Below are positions 46,461 to 57,975 of a DNA stretch of 64,000 nucleotides, one piece after another. The notes beneath the pieces were generated by a model that had not been told where the DNA came from, ran no database searches, and saw only the letters and a program-made list of their open reading frames with translations. This DNA is from Eubacteriales bacterium (GTDB taxonomy: Bacteria; Bacillota; Clostridia; Oscillospirales; UBA644). Both the position numbers and the translations under genes were made by a program. The DNA lies in contig JAZTZU010000005.1 of NCBI GenBank assembly GCA_045637625.1, positions 10,236 to 74,235 of the forward strand. Reading direction: 5' to 3'. Position 1 is the stretch's first letter. The number at the start of each line of letters is the position of its first letter.

Positions 46461-46489
46461 TTGACAAATCGGGCTCCATGTGCTATAAT
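46461..46489 (+). promoter_or_regulatory. Promoter of the HMA / P-type ATPase genes
   Basis: TTGACA, 17 nt, (TGc)TATAAT. Confidence 0.65.
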
Positions 46490-46513
46490 ACGATTAAACA
46501 ATTACTTAATCGT
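46490..46513. promoter_or_regulatory. 8-8-8 inverted repeat, candidate ArsR-family operator
   Basis: ACGATTAA-ACAATTAC-TTAATCGT, starting immediately after the -10 hexamer. Confidence 0.5.
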
Positions 46514-46533
46514 TAAATAAAGGAGATTTTTCA

Positions 46534-46752
46534 ATGAACAAAACTTACAAAATCGAGGTTGACTGTGCAAACTGCGCAAACAAAATGGAGATCGCAACAA
46601 ACAAGATTGCAGGGATAAAATCTGCAACAGTAAATTTCATGACTCAGAAAATGGCTGTGGAATTTGAAGACGGTGTTGACATCAAAAAAGTAATGGCTGA
46701 AGTTCTTAAAGCCTGCAAAAAAGTAGAATCAGATTGCGAAATATTTTTTTGA
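46534..46752 (+). CDS. Heavy-metal-associated (HMA) domain protein, CadA-N-terminus-like
   Basis: YKIEVDCANCANKMEIATNKIAGIKSATVNF (CxxC metal site CANC). Ends at a TGA that is in frame with the ATPase ORF. Confidence 0.8.
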   Translation: MNKTYKIEVDCANCANKMEIATNKIAGIKSATVNFMTQKMAVEFEDGVDIKKVMAEVLKACKKVESDCEIFF

Positions 46753-46764
46753 CAGGTAACGCAC

Positions 46765-48636
46765 ATGACTAAAAAACAGAAAAAATGGCTCATCCGTATC
46801 ATCGTCGCCGCCGTCATTTTCATTTCGGTGAATTTTATTCCCGCATACGGTGCGGTAAAATTTCTCATTTACCTGATACCTTACCTTATCATCGGCCACG
46901 ATATTCTGCGTAAAGCCTTTTGGGGAATAGTCAAAGGTCAGCTCCTTGATGAAAACTTTCTGATGGCGGTAGCTACCATCGGAGCATATTTCATTGCCGC
47001 AACAAAAACAGGGGATTACAACGAAGCCGTTGCGGTCATGCTTTTTTATCAGATCGGTGAATTTTTTCAAAGCTATGCTGTGGGCAAGAGCAGAAAAAAC
47101 ATCACTCAACTCATGGATATACGCCCTGATTACGCAAACATTGAGATCGACGGGACTCTTGAAAAAACAGATCCCGATGAGGTTCCTGTCGGAACGGTAA
47201 TAACAGTTCTTCCGGGAGAAAAAATTCCTCTCGATGGAGTTATCGTTGAGGGCTCTTCAGATCTTGATACGGTGGCTCTGACGGGAGAAAGTATCCCCGG
47301 AAGTATTTGCGAGGGAGATTCGGTCGTCAGCGGCTGCATAAATTTAACAGGCCTTTTGAAGATCAGAACCACAAAGGAATTCGGAGAATCAACCGTTTCA
47401 AAAATTCTTGATATGGTTGAAAACGCAAGTTCTCGTAAATCCCGTTCCGAAGCTTTCATTTCGAAATTTGCAAGAGTATATACCCCTATTGTGTGTATTG
47501 CGGCATTGATCTTAGCAATTATACCTCCGATATTCAGACTTCTGATACTTGACACTTCACCTGATTTCGTGGATTGGATATACCGAGCTCTGACATTTCT
47601 CGTCATAAGCTGTCCGTGTGCGCTTGTTATAAGTATTCCCCTCGGTTTTTTTGCAGGAATCGGAGGTGCAAGCAATTCGGGAATTCTTATCAAAGGTTCA
47701 AATTTCTTTGAGGTCCTGGCAAAAGCAGATACAGTGGTTTTTGATAAAACAGGAACTCTGACAAAAGGAGTTTTTGAGGTCTCGGAAATTTCATCCTCAG
47801 ACCCCGATCGTCTTTTGGACATTGCAGCCCATGCTGAAAGTTATTCAACACATCCGATAGCAAAAAGCCTTTTATTGAAACTCGGTACTGAAACAGATAA
47901 AAACCGAGTAAAAAACGTCCGTGAAATAAGCGGAAACGGCGTGATTGCGGAAGTTGACGGACTCCGTACCGCTGTCGGAAACTTCAAGCTGATGGCAGCC
48001 GAAAAAATATCCGTCAGGGAGGTTAAATCTTCGGGAACGGTTGTTTATGTTGCGGTTGACGGAGGTTTCATGGGGTACATAGTGATTTCCGACAAACTTA
48101 AAGAAAATTCCGAAAAGGCGATAAGCTCTCTGAAAAAAGCAGGCATATCAAAAACTGTAATGCTTACGGGAGACAGATCGTCAGTAGCTGAGGATGTGGC
48201 AAAAAAACTGGGAATAGATTCCGTATACAGCGAACTTTTACCTGACGGAAAAGTGGAAACTGTTGAAAACTTACTGAAAGAAACCAACGGGACATTGATA
48301 TTTGTCGGAGACGGTATCAATGATGCACCGGTGCTTTCAAGAGCGGATGTCGGAATTGCCATGGGTGCAATGGGTTCCGACGCAGCAATAGAGTCTGCGG
48401 ATGTGGTCCTTATGGATGATGACCCGATGAAAGTTGCAAAAGCAGTAAGGATAGCGGGAAAAGTAATGAGGATAATCTGCCAGAACATAATTTTCGCGAT
48501 AGGCATCAAGGTTCTGTGCCTTATCCTCGGAGCTTTGGGATATGCGGATATGTGGCTTGCCATTTTTGCAGATGTAGGTGTAATGGTAATTGCTGTCCTG
48601 AATGCAATTCGCTGTCTTTTTGTTAAAAATCTCTGA
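46765..48636 (+). CDS. cadA: P1B-type heavy-metal (Cd/Zn-type) translocating ATPase core
   Basis: CPCALVISIP (TM6 CPC), DKTGTLT and GDGINDAP. Lacks its own N-terminal HMA domain. Only a weak SD (AGGT) precedes the ATG. Confidence 0.9.
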   Translation: MTKKQKKWLIRIIVAAVIFISVNFIPAYGAVKFLIYLIPYLIIGHDILRKAFWGIVKGQLLDENFLMAVATIGAYFIAATKTGDYNEAVAVMLFYQIGEFFQSYAVGKSRKNITQLMDIRPDYANIEIDGTLEKTDPDEVPVGTVITVLPGEKIPLDGVIVEGSSDLDTVALTGESIPGSICEGDSVVSGCINLTGLLKIRTTKEFGESTVSKILDMVENASSRKSRSEAFISKFARVYTPIVCIAALILAIIPPIFRLLILDTSPDFVDWIYRALTFLVISCPCALVISIPLGFFAGIGGASNSGILIKGSNFFEVLAKADTVVFDKTGTLTKGVFEVSEISSSDPDRLLDIAAHAESYSTHPIAKSLLLKLGTETDKNRVKNVREISGNGVIAEVDGLRTAVGNFKLMAAEKISVREVKSSGTVVYVAVDGGFMGYIVISDKLKENSEKAISSLKKAGISKTVMLTGDRSSVAEDVAKKLGIDSVYSELLPDGKVETVENLLKETNGTLIFVGDGINDAPVLSRADVGIAMGAMGSDAAIESADVVLMDDDPMKVAKAVRIAGKVMRIICQNIIFAIGIKVLCLILGALGYADMWLAIFADVGVMVIAVLNAIRCLFVKNL

Positions 48637-48750
48637 ATATCGGATTGAAATTCATCTTTTTTTCAACCTGATAAATGGACAAACAGGGGTTTTTGTGCAA
48701 AATAAACAAATTACCGATTTTTGAACATATAAGTTTGTTTAATATGACTA

Positions 48751-48778
48751 TTGAAAAAAACGGAAAATGTGGTATAAT
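48751..48778 (+). promoter_or_regulatory. groESL promoter
   Basis: TTGAAA, 16 nt, (TGg)TATAAT. Confidence 0.65.
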
Positions 48779-48785
48779 ATTACTG

Positions 48786-50813
<2,028 letters not shown>

Positions 50814-50841
50814 TTTGTAAGTAAATATTAGGGATTTATAT

Positions 50842-50912
50842 GGGGAAAACTTTTTTCACGGAAAAAAAGTTTTCCCCAAACCCCATTCAAAAAACCGACT
50901 GTGCTTACGCAC
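50842..50912 (+). repeat. Hairpin-plus-tail repeat, copy D
   Basis: GGGGAAAACTTTTTTCACGGAAAAAAAGTTTTCCCC, tail AAACCCCATTCAAAAAACC, then mini-hairpin GTGCTTACGCAC. Starts 28 nt after the groEL stop. Confidence 0.75.
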
Positions 50913-50927
50913 GGAATCGAGGTCAAT

Positions 50928-51278
50928 ATGGAAAAACCAAAGAATAAAAAGTTTTTATTTTTACCGAAAGCCGTGAATTCTGCTGAGATTTCAGATAGCA
51001 CACGTAAACCGAAGCTTTATCATGTAGAATCCGTAATAGGGAAATATCCTTGTCCCTGCTGTGGATACAAGACACTTCCTGTCCCGAAAGAAGATGCTGT
51101 TGCCTATATTTGTCCCATTTGCTATTGGGAGAACGATGTTTTTATCAAGTCAGACGACGAGCCCAGCGACGAAAATAGGGAAATGACATTGAATCAGGCA
51201 CGCGAAAACTATAAAAAATTCGGTGCCTGCGAAAAGCGATTTGTAAAAGAGGATTATCCTCCACAAGAATTTGAATAA
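50928..51278 (+). CDS. Cysteine-rich CPCC-domain protein
   Basis: YPCPCCGYKTLPVPKEDAVAYICPICYWENDVF. ATG at 50928 (SD GAGGT) preferred over the GTG at 50901, which lies inside repeat D. Confidence 0.65.
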   Translation: MEKPKNKKFLFLPKAVNSAEISDSTRKPKLYHVESVIGKYPCPCCGYKTLPVPKEDAVAYICPICYWENDVFIKSDDEPSDENREMTLNQARENYKKFGACEKRFVKEDYPPQEFE

Positions 51279-51279
51279 T

Positions 51280-51312
51280 GGACAGAAGTTTTCGCTTCTG
51301 TCCTGTTTTTTT
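51280..51312 (+). terminator. Intrinsic terminator
   Basis: GGACAGAAG / CTTCTGTCC stem plus T7. Confidence 0.8.
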
Positions 51313-51322
51313 GTGTGACGGC

Positions 51323-51351
51323 TTGACATTTTACCGATTATGGTGTATAAT
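51323..51351 (+). promoter_or_regulatory. Promoter of the esterase gene
   Basis: TTGACA, 17 nt, TATAAT. Confidence 0.6.
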
Positions 51352-51373
51352 AAAATAAAAAGGAGATTTTTTT

Positions 51374-52135
51374 ATGATAGCTTACGATATGATGAAACCC
51401 GATGTTTATTCAAATGAAGCTATAAGTGAAACAGTAAAGCTGCCTTACAGAATGTATGTTCCCGAATCCTACGACCCTGAGAAAAAATATAAGGTTTTGG
51501 TGTTTATGCACGGCATGGGCGAAAGAGGCTCAAACCACAACCACCTGGGAGATGAGGGCTATTGCCGTTATCTTTGCTATGTGCTGGAAGACCCGAAACT
51601 TCGTGAGGAATTTATCCTTCTTGCGCCGCAGTGTGAGCTGAGCACTACATGGGTAGAGCTTTTCGCCATGAAGAATTATCTTGACAGAAAAGAGTTCCCC
51701 GGGACGGCTTGTTCCCCTGCCCTTGCTCTTGTTTACGATTTTCTTGAAAATAAACTTGCAAAGGACTACAATATTGACGGTTCACGCATTTACATGACAG
51801 GGCTTTCAATGGGCGGCTTTGCAACATGGTATACGGTTATACATAAGCCGAATCTCCTTGCTGCGGCTGTTCCTGTTTGCGGCGGCGGTGACCCCAAGGA
51901 CCTCCATAAGGCGAAGAACGTGCCTATATGGGCGTTTCACAGCCTTGACGACAATCTTGTACCCGCTGAATGTTTGACTGTCGCAAAAGAAGTTATGGAG
52001 CGTGAAAATGCCGCAGACTTCCATGCGACAATGTACGAGCACGAAGGTCACGGCTCCTGGGTTCGTGCATATCTTGAACGTGACGTATTCGAATGGATGA
52101 TCTCAAAAGTAAATCCGAATCCCGAAATCAAATAA
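51374..52135 (+). CDS. Alpha/beta-hydrolase-fold esterase (carboxylesterase / PHB-depolymerase-like)
   Basis: Nucleophile elbow GLSMGGFATW. Candidate Asp in HSLDDNLVP and His in HEGHGSW. HGMGERGSN oxyanion region. Confidence 0.75.
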   Translation: MIAYDMMKPDVYSNEAISETVKLPYRMYVPESYDPEKKYKVLVFMHGMGERGSNHNHLGDEGYCRYLCYVLEDPKLREEFILLAPQCELSTTWVELFAMKNYLDRKEFPGTACSPALALVYDFLENKLAKDYNIDGSRIYMTGLSMGGFATWYTVIHKPNLLAAAVPVCGGGDPKDLHKAKNVPIWAFHSLDDNLVPAECLTVAKEVMERENAADFHATMYEHEGHGSWVRAYLERDVFEWMISKVNPNPEIK

Positions 52136-52144
52136 AAACACAAA

Positions 52145-52176
52145 AACTCTCTGTCGGTCGTCGGCAGAGAGTTTTC
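52145..52176. terminator. Hairpin terminator between convergent genes
   Basis: AACTCTCTGTCG / CGGCAGAGAGTT stem with a short T-run. Confidence 0.6.
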
Positions 52177-52195
52177 ATTTACTGTTTAGTATATT

Positions 52196-53902
52196 TTATT
52201 TTTTAGGTATGAGCATATCGTTTACAGGGTCTTCCTCGATAGGAAGGAAGAAAGCGTGTTCTCTTACTGTATCTGTCGCATTATTGGGTCCGTGGAATGA
52301 GATCATCATCTGACCGTCTTTTGCTGTGAATATGGATGCGTGTCCGCCGTCATATCCGTCGGAATATGCAGCGCTGTAAAGTCTTGTGGTTATCTGCTCC
52401 CAAGGACCGAGGATACTGCCGGATTCAGAACGAGCCATAGCAACGCAGTAACCGTCGTTATCAAAGTTTGACCAAAGCATGATGAGAGATCCTGTACTTT
52501 GCATTTTGTATGTCCAGCAACCGTCTGTTACGGAGTGATCTGCCCATGCGGGGTCTGTAGATTTGAAGATTTCAACAGGTTCGGAAATTATTTTTGTAAG
52601 ATCCTCACTGAGTCTTGCCACTTCAAAAGTTCCGACTTCATTAGGAGCAGAAACCCATTCACGGACGTAAATTATCCAAGGGTCACCGTTTTCGTCAACA
52701 TAAAGAGTTGCGTCGATGGCGTGCCATTCGGAAGATGTCAGGTGTCCGTCGGTTATCATTTCAAAAGGTCCTGCGGGAGTTGCAGCTTTGAAGATAGCAC
52801 AGCCGCGGAGATCGTTTGAACCTCTGTAAGTAGCGAAAAGATAGTAGTTTCCGTTGTAGTAATGGCATTCAGGTGCCCAGAAGTCTCCCTTAGCGCCTAT
52901 TTCCGCAGGGAATGTGTATGCGTTGAAAGGTTCGGACCATGTCTTCAAATCATCACTTGTAACACAGCCATATCCCTGACCTGAAGCAAGTCCGGTGCCG
53001 TACATATAATATTTTTCACCGTCGTATACAACGCAGGGGTCACGGACTACCCATACGTTTTCGGATTCGATCATATTATCGTAAACGCCTTTGGGAATCA
53101 ATGATTTTGATCTGATATCCAGGTCTGAGGGGACAAACGAACCCTCTTCTGTTTTTACAAGATTGTCAACAAGAGTTTCAAATGCAAAATTCATTGCATA
53201 AGCATCGCTTGCATTTATGAGCAGTTTCATACCGTCTTCAGTTTTTACTGTTTTTATTGAAAATTCATCTTCGCCCAGATCTGAGCCTGCACCGATACTT
53301 TCTTCTCTGCTTGTCTCGCCGATAAGGATTTCAAAGGGCTGTTCTTCAAAATTAGAATTTCTCTTTTTCATTGTGTAGCCCTCATTTGCCGCTGCGGAAA
53401 CAAGAACTCTTCCGCCGCCAACAACATAGGCAAGAATTTCGCCCTGAACCTGGTCTTTTGAATTATAATCTGTTATAAGTATAAAATTATCAATGAGTTC
53501 AAGCGTGTAGTCCTCAGGTTTTACTTCGACCTCGCAGGAGATCTCAAAATCCTTACAGCCTTCTGCGGAAATTTTTGCTGTAACAGAAGCCGTTCCCTTT
53601 GCAACGCCTGAAACAGTTCCGTTTTCAACGGTCAGAATATCGCTGTCGGAGCTTACCCACTCAACAGTTATGTTTCTGCTTGAAGCGGAAACGATATTCA
53701 CAGAAAGAGTCTCCCCTGCCTTTACGTATTCAGCCGATGACTCAAGGGCGAATTCAGCCGAAATATCCAAAAGTTCCGCAGGTTCATCGGGTGTTTCAAC
53801 AACAGGAGGTTCAGGCTGGTCTTCAAAATGAGGACCGTCGCAAGCTGTGATTGTAACAGCTGTCAATGCCGCAAGGACGAAAAATAATTGATGCTTTTTC
53901 AT
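52196..53902 (-). CDS. Lipoprotein with Big_2 Ig-like domain and a C-terminal GH43-type five-bladed propeller
   Basis: Lipobox ITAC. Big_2-like ITVEWVSSDSDILTVENGTVSGVAKGTASVTAKI. GH43 blocks VRDPCVVYDGEKYYMYGTG, DFWAPECHYYNGNYYLFATY and IDATLYVDENGDPWIIY. Confidence 0.75.
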   Translation of the reverse strand: MKKHQLFFVLAALTAVTITACDGPHFEDQPEPPVVETPDEPAELLDISAEFALESSAEYVKAGETLSVNIVSASSRNITVEWVSSDSDILTVENGTVSGVAKGTASVTAKISAEGCKDFEISCEVEVKPEDYTLELIDNFILITDYNSKDQVQGEILAYVVGGGRVLVSAAANEGYTMKKRNSNFEEQPFEILIGETSREESIGAGSDLGEDEFSIKTVKTEDGMKLLINASDAYAMNFAFETLVDNLVKTEEGSFVPSDLDIRSKSLIPKGVYDNMIESENVWVVRDPCVVYDGEKYYMYGTGLASGQGYGCVTSDDLKTWSEPFNAYTFPAEIGAKGDFWAPECHYYNGNYYLFATYRGSNDLRGCAIFKAATPAGPFEMITDGHLTSSEWHAIDATLYVDENGDPWIIYVREWVSAPNEVGTFEVARLSEDLTKIISEPVEIFKSTDPAWADHSVTDGCWTYKMQSTGSLIMLWSNFDNDGYCVAMARSESGSILGPWEQITTRLYSAAYSDGYDGGHASIFTAKDGQMMISFHGPNNATDTVREHAFFLPIEEDPVNDMLIPKK

Positions 53903-53976
53903 TTATATCTCTCCTGATTTTGTGTATGACCCAAAGGCGATTTCTTTCGAAATCGCCTTTGAATTTAAGTTTTGAA

Positions 53977-54165
53977 TTAAACAGTTCTCTGAACCTTGTT
54001 TGCGCGCAAGCAAGATGTGCAAACATACATATGTTTTACATTGCCGTTTACTACAGCTTTAACTCTTCTTACGTTGGGCTTCCAAGCTCTGTTTGTACGT
54101 CTGTGGGAGTGGGAAACCTTGATACCGAAGGTTACGCCTTTTCCGCAAATTTCACATTTAGCCAT
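53977..54165 (-). CDS. rpmB: 50S ribosomal protein L28
   Basis: MAKCEICGKGVTFGIKVSHSHRRTNRAWKPNVRRVK... Start set at MAKCE; the 7-codon extension in the ORF track is unlikely. Confidence 0.9.
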   Translation of the reverse strand: MAKCEICGKGVTFGIKVSHSHRRTNRAWKPNVRRVKAVVNGNVKHMYVCTSCLRANKVQRTV

Positions 54166-54252
54166 TGTTTCATTCATCCTTTCCATCCAAGCTTCAAGAT
54201 GGCGAAGCTATTTTAAAGCATTAGGTTGCATTATTAACGCACTTAGGTATAT

Positions 54253-54281
54253 ATTATAACAGACTTTCTTGATTATTGCAA
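54253..54281 (-). promoter_or_regulatory. rpmB promoter
   Basis: Minus strand: TTGCAA, 17 nt, TATAAT. Confidence 0.55.
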
Positions 54282-54363
54282 GGGCTTTTTTTAAAAAAAT
54301 AATGAAATTTCTGTTTTGGAAGACTTTTCGTGAAATTTTATTTAGATTTTTTCACTCAGAGTA

Positions 54364-54392
54364 TTGCTTTTTTCAAAAAAATGATATATAAT
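54364..54392 (+). promoter_or_regulatory. recA promoter
   Basis: TTGCTT, 17 nt, TATAAT. Confidence 0.5.
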
Positions 54393-54477
54393 ATAGGTAC
54401 AGGAAATTTTAAGTATGTCGGAACCCGAAAAAAATCGGATACTCCGCAACGTTTACATAAGAACAGGAGAATTAAAA

Positions 54478-55572
54478 ATGCAGGAAGGTAAGAAAAAAGC
54501 GCTTGACACGGCTCTTGCGCAGATAGAAAAACAGTTCGGTAAAGGTTCTGTTATGACTCTCGGTCAGAACGCATCAATGAACGTGGAACATATTTCAACA
54601 GGTTCATTTTCACTTGACACAGCTCTCGGTATCGGCGGTGTACCGAAGGGCAGAATCATTGAGATCTACGGACCTGAAAGTTCAGGTAAAACAACAGTAG
54701 CTCTCCACATCGTTTCAGAATGTCAGAAACTCGGTGGCACAGCTGCATTCATTGACGCGGAACATGCCCTCGACCCCATTTACGCAAAAAATCTCGGTGT
54801 TGACATAGACTCACTTCTCGTTTCTCAGCCCGACAACGGCGAACAGGCTCTTGAGATCACGGAAACACTTGTCCGTTCAGGTGCCGTTGATGCGATCATC
54901 GTAGACTCTGTTGCAGCCCTTGTTCCCCGTCAGGAGATCGAAGGTGAAATGGGTGACTCCCATGTAGGTCTGCACGCAAGACTCATGTCACAGGCTCTCA
55001 GAAAACTCGCAGGTGCAATTTCCAAAACAAGCTGCGTGGTTGTATTCATAAACCAGCTCCGTGAAAAAGTCGGTGTAATGTACGGAAACCCCGAAACCAC
55101 CACAGGCGGCCGTGCATTGAAATTCTACGCTTCCGTACGTATGGAAGTCCGCAGAGTGGAAACCCTTAAGGTCGGCTCCGAATCAATCGGTAACCGAACA
55201 AAAGTCAAAGTTGTTAAAAATAAAGTCGCTCCCCCATTCAAGGAAGCGGAATTTGATATCATCTACGGAAAAGGCATCTCCAAAACAGGTGAGATCCTCG
55301 ACGTTGCGGTAAAACTTGAGATCGTAAAGAGATCCGGTGCGTGGTTCTACTACGGAGACCGCAGACTCGGTCAGGGCAGAGACAATGTAAAAGAACTCAT
55401 CCTCAACGAGCCCGCACTCATGAAAGAGCTTGAAGAAAAAATAAAAGCAGTCCTTGACGGAAAAGCAGCTTCGGAAACTTTTGAAGCCGCTGCAGCAGCA
55501 GACGCTCCCGAAAAAGTCGAAAAAAGCGTATCTGTAGATATTTCCGCAGACGATTTCGACGATGAGCTCTAA
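54478..55572 (+). CDS. recA: Recombinase RecA
   Basis: [22 protein letters not shown] and Walker [13 protein letters not shown] at 54478 follows SD AGGAGA. Confidence 0.95.
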   Translation: MQEGKKKALDTALAQIEKQFGKGSVMTLGQNASMNVEHISTGSFSLDTALGIGGVPKGRIIEIYGPESSGKTTVALHIVSECQKLGGTAAFIDAEHALDPIYAKNLGVDIDSLLVSQPDNGEQALEITETLVRSGAVDAIIVDSVAALVPRQEIEGEMGDSHVGLHARLMSQALRKLAGAISKTSCVVVFINQLREKVGVMYGNPETTTGGRALKFYASVRMEVRRVETLKVGSESIGNRTKVKVVKNKVAPPFKEAEFDIIYGKGISKTGEILDVAVKLEIVKRSGAWFYYGDRRLGQGRDNVKELILNEPALMKELEEKIKAVLDGKAASETFEAAAAADAPEKVEKSVSVDISADDFDDEL

Positions 55573-56041
55573 TCCATACAGCGCATTTGATTACGGGGCT
55601 TATATTCTCGGTCTGCACGACCGTTCCGAAAAAGAACTTTACGAAAAGCTTCTGAAAAAAGGATACTCTCCTGAAGAATCTGCCTCTGCAATGGCAAAGC
55701 TTGCGAACTACGGCTACATAGACGACGCAAGATATGCCAGACATTACGCGGAACAAAAACTTCACTCCTACGGCAAACGAAAGGTGGAATATGACCTTTT
55801 ACACAAAGGAGTTTCGGCAGAGACAGTTGCGGAAGTTCTTGAAGAGCTTGTCGATGAAGAGATAATGATCGACGAAATAAAAAACGCCATGAGAAAAAAA
55901 CTCAAAGGCGAAAAGCCCGAAGATCGAGCCCAGTTAAAAAAATTATTCGATTCATTTGCCCGAAAAAGCTACGAATACGAACTTGTAAAAAAAGCATATA
56001 AATTATATACGGAAGAGATTGAAGACCTTGAATCTGAATGA
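55562..56041 (+). CDS. recX: RecA regulator RecX
   Basis: Three-repeat helical pattern [19 protein letters not shown] ... [14 protein letters not shown] ... [15 protein letters not shown]. Overlaps recA by 11 nt. Confidence 0.8.
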   Translation: MSSNPYSAFDYGAYILGLHDRSEKELYEKLLKKGYSPEESASAMAKLANYGYIDDARYARHYAEQKLHSYGKRKVEYDLLHKGVSAETVAEVLEELVDEEIMIDEIKNAMRKKLKGEKPEDRAQLKKLFDSFARKSYEYELVKKAYKLYTEEIEDLESE

Positions 56042-57365
56042 ATTTACATCTTCGCCGCTTAAAGTGGGAATGATCTCCCTCGGCTGCGAAAAAAACAGAA
56101 TTGACGCGGAAGTTATGCTTGCGAAACTGGAAGATAACGGTTTCGAACTTTGCGCGGAGCAGGAAAACTGCGATGTCATAATCGTTCATACCTGCACCTT
56201 TATAGACAAGGCAAAAGAAGAAAGCATTGAAAATATTCTCAACGCCGCAGCATACAAAACAGAAGGAAACCTGAAAAAACTCATAGTTACGGGCTGCATG
56301 GCAGAGAGATACAAGGAAGAGATTTTCGAATCAGTTCCCGAAGTGGACGCAGTCCTCGGAAGCAAAAGCTTCGATAAGATATGCGAAGCGATCGTATCTT
56401 CAGGCGACGGAGAAAAATTTTCCCACTACAGACCGCTTTCCGACGACACTCCCGACGGAGAAAGAATCCTGACGTCGCCCGACTACAGCGTGTATCTCAA
56501 ACTGGCTGACGGATGTTCAAACCACTGCACTTACTGCGTTATTCCCGCAGTCCGCGGTGAATTCATTCCGCGCCCTTATGAAAATGTTATCAAGGAAACA
56601 AAAGCCCTTGCCGCCAACGGAGCAAAAGAAATAAACCTTATCGCTCAGGACACAACCGCTTATCCCCAGCTTTGCAGACTAATCAAAGAAGTTGCGGCGA
56701 TCGAAAGCGTTAAATGGGTAAGAGTTCTTTACTGCCGTCCCGAAGAAATTTCAGAAGAGCTTATCGACCTTATGGCTGAGGAAGAGAAATTCGTCAATTA
56801 CATTGACGTTCCCCTCCAGCACGCAAGCGGAAGAGTTCTCAAACTCATGAACCGCTCCATGGACGATAAATCCTTGGAAAAACTTCTCAGCGGAATCCGT
56901 GCAAAAGTTCCCGATGTGTCCCTCAGAACCACTTTCATTACAGGATTCCCGAAAGAAAACGACGAAGACTACGAAATTCTCTGCGATTTCGTAAAACGTG
57001 TAAAATTTGACAACCTCGGAGTATTTACATATTCCCGCGAAGAGGGCACAAAAGCCGCAAGAATGCACGGTCAGATACCTCAGGAGATCAAAGAAAAACG
57101 CGCTGACGGTGTTATGGAACTCCAGATGAGACTTCTTGAGGAGATAAACAAGAAACACCTCGGCAAGACTTACGAAGTTCTTTGCGAAGGTTTTGACGAA
57201 AACACCTGTCTTTACAGCGGCAGAGCATATTTCCAGGCTCCCGATATTGACGGCAGAGTGTATTTCTCAACAGAAACAGAACACCGTCCGGGTGATTTTG
57301 TAAACGTAAAAATTGAATCGGTCGATCTTTACGACCTTATGGGAAAGGAATGTAATCATGATTAA
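56019..57365 (+). CDS. rimO: Ribosomal protein S12 methylthiotransferase RimO (radical SAM)
   Basis: N-terminal ISLGCEKNRIDAEVM, radical-SAM CSNHCTYC, and C-terminal TRAM segment FVNVKIESVDLYDLMG. Confidence 0.8.
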   Translation: MKTLNLNEFTSSPLKVGMISLGCEKNRIDAEVMLAKLEDNGFELCAEQENCDVIIVHTCTFIDKAKEESIENILNAAAYKTEGNLKKLIVTGCMAERYKEEIFESVPEVDAVLGSKSFDKICEAIVSSGDGEKFSHYRPLSDDTPDGERILTSPDYSVYLKLADGCSNHCTYCVIPAVRGEFIPRPYENVIKETKALAANGAKEINLIAQDTTAYPQLCRLIKEVAAIESVKWVRVLYCRPEEISEELIDLMAEEEKFVNYIDVPLQHASGRVLKLMNRSMDDKSLEKLLSGIRAKVPDVSLRTTFITGFPKENDEDYEILCDFVKRVKFDNLGVFTYSREEGTKAARMHGQIPQEIKEKRADGVMELQMRLLEEINKKHLGKTYEVLCEGFDENTCLYSGRAYFQAPDIDGRVYFSTETEHRPGDFVNVKIESVDLYDLMGKECNHD

Positions 57366-57945
57366 AAAACTGCCTAATATAATTTGTTGGTTCAGAATAG
57401 CCCTTATTCCGATCGTACTGCTCTTCCTTCTGGAAACTCCTGTATCAGCCGCAATGGCATTAAGCACAAGATTTCTGACAGCAGGAATCCTTTTTGCAGT
57501 TGCCATAGCCTCAGATGCTGTAGACGGCAAAATTGCAAGAAAATTTGATGCAGTTACAAACTTCGGAAAATTCCTTGATCCGATCGCAGACAAACTCCTC
57601 GTTCTCGGCATACTCTGTGCTTTTATTGAACTTGGTTTTGTCAGCTGCGTACCTGTACTCCTCATCCTCGCAAGAGAATTCATGATCACAGGTCTCCGCC
57701 TCGGTGCAATGAGCAAGGGCGAAGTCGTTGCGGCAAACTGGTGGGGCAAGGTAAAAACCGTATGTCAGGGAATCAGCATCGGCGTATATTTTGTTTTCGC
57801 AGCATTTATCTCTCAGGGTACAACAGTTGAAGCTATTGCAGCAGATATGTTCATCCCCAACATTATTTTCTGGATCGTTGCCGCATACACGGTGATATCT
57901 GTAATCCCCTACTACATGGCATGCAGAAAATATCTTAAAGACTAA
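57358..57945 (+). CDS. pgsA: CDP-diacylglycerol--glycerol-3-phosphate 3-phosphatidyltransferase
   Basis: DAVDGKIARKFDAVTNFGKFLDPIADK (CDP-alcohol phosphatidyltransferase motif). ATG at 57358 overlaps the rimO end. Confidence 0.9.
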   Translation: MIKKLPNIICWFRIALIPIVLLFLLETPVSAAMALSTRFLTAGILFAVAIASDAVDGKIARKFDAVTNFGKFLDPIADKLLVLGILCAFIELGFVSCVPVLLILAREFMITGLRLGAMSKGEVVAANWWGKVKTVCQGISIGVYFVFAAFISQGTTVEAIAADMFIPNIIFWIVAAYTVISVIPYYMACRKYLKD

Positions 57946-57975
57946 ACACTTCTATAAAATAAAGGATTTGAAAAT

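Noticed and set aside
46750-46752. Possible selenocysteine recoding or alternative genetic code at the in-frame TGA of the HMA/ATPase pair.
   Set aside because: I see no stem-loop resembling a bacterial SECIS in the 40 nt after the TGA. TGA clearly terminates other genes here, and a Sec in a linker has no rationale. The in-frame stop itself is kept as a finding.
47130-48563. Two minus-strand ORFs (230 aa and 172 aa) inside the P-type ATPase gene.
   Set aside because: Antisense to a gene with CPC, DKTGT and GDGxNDxP motifs. Their translations are Ser/Pro/Thr-rich and featureless.
50901-50927. GTG start for the CPCC-domain gene given by the ORF track.
   Set aside because: The GTG lies inside the mini-hairpin of repeat D and lacks an SD. 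The ATG at 50928 is preceded by GAGGT.
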